Below, one piece after another: positions 58,954-64,000 of a DNA stretch of 64,000 nt (positions are counted from its first letter, which is position 1; each line of letters begins with the position of its first letter). The stretch lies in contig DATDQB010000009.1 in NCBI GenBank assembly GCA_035292445.1, positions 5,632-69,631 of the forward strand, written 5' to 3'. Under the pieces are notes generated by a model that was given only the letters and a program-made list of their open reading frames with translations, was not told where the DNA came from and made no database searches. This DNA comes from Candidatus Omnitrophota bacterium. Lineage in GTDB: Bacteria; Omnitrophota; Gorgyraeia; Zapsychrales; Zapsychraceae. A program made the translations under genes and the position numbers.

Positions 58954-59502
58954 TTAACCCTCCTTGATATTTTTGGCGACCTTGACCTTTGCGGTGCGGA
59001 TCACCTTATCGTTATAGATATACCCTCTTTGAAATTCCTCTATCACCGTACCATCCTCATGATCCTTGGATTCTTCCTGCATGAGAACTTCGTGATGATG
59101 AGGATCGAACTGTTTTCCCTTGGCCTCAACGGCTTTGACACCGTTTTTCTTAAGCATTTCATAGACGTGGGCCATGACCATCTCGATGCCTTTTAAAAAC
59201 GCCTGATAATCTTCATGCTTGGCTTGCGCCGCCGCAACGGAACGTTCCAGATCATCGAGGATGTTCAAAAATTCCCCGATGATCTCTTCGTTAGCGTACT
59301 TAAGGAATTCAAGTTTTTCACGCTCCATCCGTTTACGGGCATTCTCAAATTCGGCATAAAGACGGATATATTTATCCTTATATGAAGCCGCTTCTTCCAC
59401 CAACGCTTTATACTCGGATTCTTTGATCTCAATAACTTTATCATCGATCTTATCCTGAGAATTCGTTTTAGTTTTCAGTGCTTCTTTGGTTTTCTTATCC
59501 AT
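58954..59502 (-). CDS. grpE: Nucleotide exchange factor GrpE
   Basis: [19 protein letters not shown] and QRGY...VIRTAKVKV. Confidence 0.96.
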   Translation of the reverse strand: MDKKTKEALKTKTNSQDKIDDKVIEIKESEYKALVEEAASYKDKYIRLYAEFENARKRMEREKLEFLKYANEEIIGEFLNILDDLERSVAAAQAKHEDYQAFLKGIEMVMAHVYEMLKKNGVKAVEAKGKQFDPHHHEVLMQEESKDHEDGTVIEEFQRGYIYNDKVIRTAKVKVAKNIKEG

Positions 59503-59527
59503 GCTTACCGTTGCCTCACAATGAATA

Positions 59528-60268
59528 CTAATATAATTCTTCCATTAATTCCGTAATATAGTTGACCGTTGAAACAACCCGGCTGTAATCCATCCGCGTA
59601 GGCCCCAATACAGCGATGCGGCCGCTTGGGCCACGCTTGGTTTCATACCTGGAAATGACCATCGAACAGGCATCGATCTCCCGCCAAGCCAGCTCATGGC
59701 CGATATAAATTCCGGTTTTACTCTCCAAATTCTTGTTGATGATTTCCAACAATTTCCCTTTTTCATCCAAAGCCCTTAAAATGCTGCGGATTTTCTTAAT
59801 ATCGTTATAATCGGGATATTCCACGATAAAGCTCGTTCCCTGACAGAAAATTCTATCCTCCCCATCTATGGAAACAATACTGGTATAGTGGGTTGTTTTC
59901 GATAGGGCTTGGGACGTCTTATCCAGCAGATTCTCCAACTCTAAGCTTTCCCGTTCATACTGCGCTTTGATCCGTCTCTTTTCCTCCTCAAAAAGTTGAA
60001 TCTGGTGCATCAAATGATCGACGTAATACCGGTATCCTCTCTGGGTGGGGATACGACCGGCTGATGTATGCGGATGCGTTAAATAACCATCTTCCTCTAA
60101 TTCGGAAAGAATGTTGCGGACCGTGGCCGAACTTAAATCAAGGGGAAACTCCTTGGAAATAAAGGCAGAACTGACCGGAGTCACTGTTTTGATATATCGA
60201 TCGACCGTTATCCCTAAAACCCTGTCTTTCCTTGTCTTCATTTCATCTTTTTTGGATACTCTCATCAT
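59528..60268 (-). CDS. hrcA: Heat-inducible repressor HrcA (short form)
   Basis: SSATVRNILSELE..GYLTHPHTSAGRIPT..GYRYYVD and VLGPTRMDY. Start at 60268 or 60265. Confidence 0.92.
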   Translation of the reverse strand: MMRVSKKDEMKTRKDRVLGITVDRYIKTVTPVSSAFISKEFPLDLSSATVRNILSELEEDGYLTHPHTSAGRIPTQRGYRYYVDHLMHQIQLFEEEKRRIKAQYERESLELENLLDKTSQALSKTTHYTSIVSIDGEDRIFCQGTSFIVEYPDYNDIKKIRSILRALDEKGKLLEIINKNLESKTGIYIGHELAWREIDACSMVISRYETKRGPSGRIAVLGPTRMDYSRVVSTVNYITELMEELY

Positions 60269-60318
60269 AGGGGCCTCGATTGGTACGATTATAGAGGTTC
60301 TGTAAAAATCTTTAAAAA

Positions 60319-60345
60319 TTAGCACTCCCCTCAATAGAATGCTAA
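60319..60345. promoter_or_regulatory. CIRCE element (HrcA operator)
   Basis: TTAGCACTC-N9-GAATGCTAA, one mismatch from the consensus TTAGCACTC-N9-GAGTGCTAA. Confidence 0.93.
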
Positions 60346-60351
60346 GTCGAT

Positions 60352-60379
60352 ATTATAACAAAATCCATTTTGATGTCAA
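60352..60379 (-). promoter_or_regulatory. Sigma70 promoter of the hrcA-grpE-dnaK-dnaJ operon
   Basis: TTGACA-16nt-TATAAT with TGn extended -10, just upstream of CIRCE. Confidence 0.88.
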
Positions 60380-60441
60380 TACCTTCATCGCTCCCATGTT
60401 CATTAGTCTGATCCCGGATAGAAATCTTGATGAGGAAACTG

Positions 60442-61113
60442 CTAAGACAATGTGCCGAGAATCTTCTTCAGCGTGAGGACATTCTTGATGTGATCATCAA
60501 ACAAGTGAATATTATTTTTGACAGAACCTAGGTTGGGATGATACCTTCCCTCCGTATAAAACTCCAAGATGATCTCACCTCTAATAATTTTTATAGCTAT
60601 AAAATGGTTGCCGCGAAAATCGACATTATCATATTCACCCAATATTTGCACCACTTTGGCTTGGGATAAAAAACGATTTGCTAACTGATAATCATTGGTT
60701 GAAACGTCGAATCTCTTCAATTTACTCGGGAGCTCTACCTTGCCCCCCGCACGATGAGTCTCGCCCTTGCCATAAGCAGGCGCATTGGATTGAATAATTT
60801 TAGCCGATTGCTCTTTTTCCTGAAATTGAAGATCGAATTTCTGCGGTACAGGGGCTTTCAAAAAACACTTATTGGATTTAGCTTTAAATCCCGGCAGTTC
60901 CATATCTTCGTATACGAGAGAATGCCCTTCAAAATTAAAACTGATCTTAAATGAATTCTCAAATCCTTCCAACGGCTCAAGTTTTCCCTCAACAAACTCC
61001 ACCAATTCGGACAAAAATTCATCCCGCGTCTTAATTTCTTTCTGCGAAGGCCGTTTTAAATAAATAATGGCCCCCACCATCAAAAGTACAATAACTGTTA
61101 TAATGACTGCCAT
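60442..61113 (-). CDS. Hypothetical N-terminally anchored membrane protein
   Basis: N-terminal TM helix and a soluble domain with no recognisable motif. Confidence 0.6.
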   Translation of the reverse strand: MAVIITVIVLLMVGAIIYLKRPSQKEIKTRDEFLSELVEFVEGKLEPLEGFENSFKISFNFEGHSLVYEDMELPGFKAKSNKCFLKAPVPQKFDLQFQEKEQSAKIIQSNAPAYGKGETHRAGGKVELPSKLKRFDVSTNDYQLANRFLSQAKVVQILGEYDNVDFRGNHFIAIKIIRGEIILEFYTEGRYHPNLGSVKNNIHLFDDHIKNVLTLKKILGTLS

Positions 61114-61175
61114 AGCCCTTCTCACTCGCTCAGCCAGAGCGAATGAGCTTTAACTCCTTCCCGAAGATACGCCGA

Positions 61176-62144
61176 TCATTCAATGGGCTTTCCATATTCA
61201 TCATATTTCTTTATTGAGACCGATTCGTCATTTTTATAAACTTCTTCCCGCTCTATATAACCGTTATTCTTGAAATATTGAAACACGCCCTCTTTCTTTC
61301 CCGATACATAATTACCCTTTGATTTTGTATTTCCCGTTGGGTAATACTCTTGGGAAAAACCGTGGCGCACCCCGTCTTTAATCTGGACCTCTTGCATCAA
61401 AACGCCCGATTTATAATATTCTTTGAGCTTCCCATCGGCTAAATTACCGTCTTTCTTGAGCATCCCTTCGCTGCGCAGCTGGCCCGTAGAATAATATTCC
61501 TTGACCACTCCCGTTGGGATCCCGTCATACGCCTCAAAGGCCTTGATGACCCGGCCTCTTTCATCGTGGATCCGGATGACACCGTCCTGCGCGCCGTTTT
61601 TGAATTCCGATGACCTGAGCAAATTGCCTTCCAAGTCATACTCCTTGGCTTCTCCCCATTCCGCCCCTTTTTCGTACGTTCGTTCATACTGCAGCTTGCC
61701 ATCGGGGCGATATTCTTTGGTCAAGCCGTGCAGCAGCCCTTCTTTATATTCCGACTCGCGTATCAACGTCCCATCTTCCGCATAATATTTAACCGACCCG
61801 TCCATAGCGCCGTCTTTAAAGCTCAACTCCGACTCAGGCTTGCCGTTGGGATGATAAGTGCGCGCCTTAAGCTGCAACACGCCGTTGACATAAAGCCCTT
61901 CGCCCTGAAGGGTCCCATCTAGGTAATACACGTTAAAAGGGCCGTTCGGCAATTCATTCTCAAAGGTGATCAGGCGCTTGATCTCGCCTGTTTCGTAAAA
62001 CTCTTTATAAAGACCGTTCTCCACATACATCGGATTATAGTCTTTATGGATGTTGTAGATCACCTTTTCCTGCTGGGCCCAGCCGACCGAGCAAGACAAA
62101 ACCATTAAGGCCATCATTATAATAATTCTTTTCACGGTTTCCAT
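61176..62144 (-). CDS. Exported MORN-variant repeat protein (YwqK-like)
   Basis: Signal peptide and repeated G..K.YY..G.L..E..Y..G units. Confidence 0.85.
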   Translation of the reverse strand: METVKRIIIMMALMVLSCSVGWAQQEKVIYNIHKDYNPMYVENGLYKEFYETGEIKRLITFENELPNGPFNVYYLDGTLQGEGLYVNGVLQLKARTYHPNGKPESELSFKDGAMDGSVKYYAEDGTLIRESEYKEGLLHGLTKEYRPDGKLQYERTYEKGAEWGEAKEYDLEGNLLRSSEFKNGAQDGVIRIHDERGRVIKAFEAYDGIPTGVVKEYYSTGQLRSEGMLKKDGNLADGKLKEYYKSGVLMQEVQIKDGVRHGFSQEYYPTGNTKSKGNYVSGKKEGVFQYFKNNGYIEREEVYKNDESVSIKKYDEYGKPIE

Positions 62145-62178
62145 TATACCATCATTTTAAAATGAAAAAATGTATTGA

Positions 62179-63444
62179 TTATTGGAATTTTCCGGCAATA
62201 TGGGATGGGACAGAGGCTCGAATATTAATCTTTTCATTATAATACTTTACGGAATATACCTGGCCTTCATCATGGGCCAAATTAACCAGATCCATCCTAT
62301 TGATAGGGATATCCGCATTGATTTCCACAAAAAATCCGCCTACCATTTCAGAAATTTTAGCCAACAACTTATCGATATTTACCTTATTCATTGCGGAAAT
62401 ACAAACACTATTCTCAAATAGGTTCTCAAACTCTGCCCATTTGGTATTCTTATCCAGTTTATCCAGCTTATTAAGGACCGTAATGGTCGGCCTATCAAGG
62501 CTGTCAAGCTCCTTCAAAACGGTTTGTACCGCTTCATGAAGGTCCCTAAAATTCGGATCGCTCACATCAAGGACATGCAAAAGAAGGTCCGCTTCCTTGA
62601 CCTCTTCCAAGGTGGCGCGAAAAGCTTCGATCAAATGGTGCGGCAGATCATGCATGAAACCGACCGTATCCGAAATAATGACCTTCTGGTGATTGGGAAG
62701 AAGCATCTGGCGGGAAAGGGAATCCAGCGTTGTGAATAAACCGTCTTTTGTTTTCTGGCCCGCGTCCGTTAAAATATTCAAAAGAGTCGATTTTCCCGCG
62801 TTCGTGTACCCCACCAGTGAAACTGTCGGCACGCCTTTTTCTTTTCTTTTCTTCCGCGTCAATGCCCGATGGCTTACCACTTCATCGAGATTTCTTCTAA
62901 GCCTGGTAATCCGCTGGTCGATACGCCGGCGGTCCACCTCCAGCTTCGTTTCGCCCGGGCCCAATGTACCGATCCCGCCGCCCAATTGAGAAAGCTCAAT
63001 GCCCTTGCCCACCAGGCGCGGCAATAAATATTGCAGCTGGGCCAACTCCACTTGCATTTTTCCTTCCTGGGTGGTCGCGTGCCTCACGAAAATATCCAGA
63101 ATCAACTGGGTCCGGTCAATGGTCTTGACATGCAGCTTCTCCTCCAGGTTTCTTTGCTGGCTTCCCTTTAGATCATGGCTGAAGATAACCGTATCGACAT
63201 TCTTGATGGTCAATAAATTAACGATCTCATTGACTTTGGATTCCGTAATAAGATAGCTTGCCGTCGGCTTTGAAACTTTGACCACCATGGAATCCACAAT
63301 GACCCCCGCGCAAGCGATCACCAGCTCTTCCATCTCTTTCTGGACATTTTTAATATCCCACTGTTTCTGTTTTTCCCTTATATCAAGGATGACCAAGAGA
63401 ACTTTTTCCAGAGGCGCTTTAAGGTCAATACTTTCTTTAGGCAT
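62179..63444 (-). CDS. hflX: GTPase HflX
   Basis: DRTQLILDIF, GPGETKLEVDRR, GYTNAGKS, DTVGF and NKLD. Confidence 0.95.
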   Translation of the reverse strand: MPKESIDLKAPLEKVLLVILDIREKQKQWDIKNVQKEMEELVIACAGVIVDSMVVKVSKPTASYLITESKVNEIVNLLTIKNVDTVIFSHDLKGSQQRNLEEKLHVKTIDRTQLILDIFVRHATTQEGKMQVELAQLQYLLPRLVGKGIELSQLGGGIGTLGPGETKLEVDRRRIDQRITRLRRNLDEVVSHRALTRKKRKEKGVPTVSLVGYTNAGKSTLLNILTDAGQKTKDGLFTTLDSLSRQMLLPNHQKVIISDTVGFMHDLPHHLIEAFRATLEEVKEADLLLHVLDVSDPNFRDLHEAVQTVLKELDSLDRPTITVLNKLDKLDKNTKWAEFENLFENSVCISAMNKVNIDKLLAKISEMVGGFFVEINADIPINRMDLVNLAHDEGQVYSVKYYNEKINIRASVPSHIAGKFQ

Positions 63445-64000
63445 ATTGTGGGACCGCTTCCTTTAATATGATACTTACGGCCTCATCCAACGGCTGGCCG
63501 TTTCCGATTTCAATCCATTGAATGCGTTTATCTTTGCGAAACCACGTCATTTGCCGCTTGGCAAAACGGCGGGTGTTTTGTTTCATTTCTTCCGCCGCGG
63601 TTGCCAAATCGCATCCCCCATTAAAATAGTTTAATACTTCCTTGATCCCGATCAGATGTCTTGCCGTTAAACTTAATTTCAAATTCGAAAGGCCCTTGAT
63701 CTCCTTAACCATTCCGGCCTTAAACATCCGCTCGACCCGTTCATTGATCCTTTGATACAACACATCCCGCGGCATCATTAACCCAAAAATGGAAATATCG
63801 TATTTTCCCCACAGGCCTTCCCGTTTTTGCTGAAGCTGGGAGATCGGCTTACGGCTCGTCTCAAAAACCTCCAAAGCGCGGATGATCCTTCGGGCATCGT
63901 TAGGATGGATCTTCCCTGCCGCCGCCGGATCCACTTGCCGCAAATCATTATACAGCGCCTCAACGCCGTCTTCCTCCATTCTTTTCTTTAATTGGTCCCT
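63437..64000 (-). CDS. miaA: tRNA dimethylallyltransferase, 5' part outside the window
   Basis: DPAAAGKIHPNDARRIIRALEV and TRRFAKRQMTWFR. Confidence 0.95.
   Translation of the reverse strand, partial: RDQLKKRMEEDGVEALYNDLRQVDPAAAGKIHPNDARRIIRALEVFETSRKPISQLQQKREGLWGKYDISIFGLMMPRDVLYQRINERVERMFKAGMVKEIKGLSNLKLSLTARHLIGIKEVLNYFNGGCDLATAAEEMKQNTRRFAKRQMTWFRKDKRIQWIEIGNGQPLDEAVSIILKEAVPQYA

Noticed and set aside
61176-62144. YwqK-like protein as the antitoxin of a TA system
   Set aside because: It has a signal peptide and no adjacent toxin; MORN-variant repeat proteins are often stand-alone.
62179-64000. Missing hfq between miaA and hflX
   Set aside because: Direct miaA-hflX adjacency is common outside Proteobacteria and Firmicutes.

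Overview
A 64-kb bacterial chromosomal segment of moderate GC, with almost all genes on the minus strand. The host is a diderm with LPS genes (lptD, heptosyltransferase, gmhB, O-antigen ligase), and the gene content and protein style suggest Candidatus Omnitrophota (inference). Gene blocks from left to right: (1) two AbiE-type type IV toxin-antitoxin modules in opposite gene orders; (2) an AddAB-like helicase/nuclease pair; (3) signalling and envelope genes: receivers, a histidine kinase, two CmpX-like paralogues, a GldAFG-like ABC transporter, DsbA and MipA; (4) an orphan GspC/secretin pair between a decayed RelE/HTH module and a DUF1778/GNAT module; (5) gap, fmt and a priA lacking helicase motifs; (6) a long LPS/nucleotide-sugar gene run preceded by malK, two GGDEF genes, ROK and lptD; (7) accD, the CIRCE-controlled hrcA-grpE-dnaK-dnaJ operon, hflX and a partial miaA. 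No rRNA, tRNA, CRISPR array, transposase or prophage was seen. The most unusual signals are a 3-copy ~75-nt structured element with covariation that runs into the Shine-Dalgarno of the next gene, four unrelated families of 7-bp-period hairpin arrays, GTAG-REP elements (one inside fmt), and a DnaK/DnaJ pair with archaeal-type signatures. All product calls come from motif recognition by eye, without database searches.
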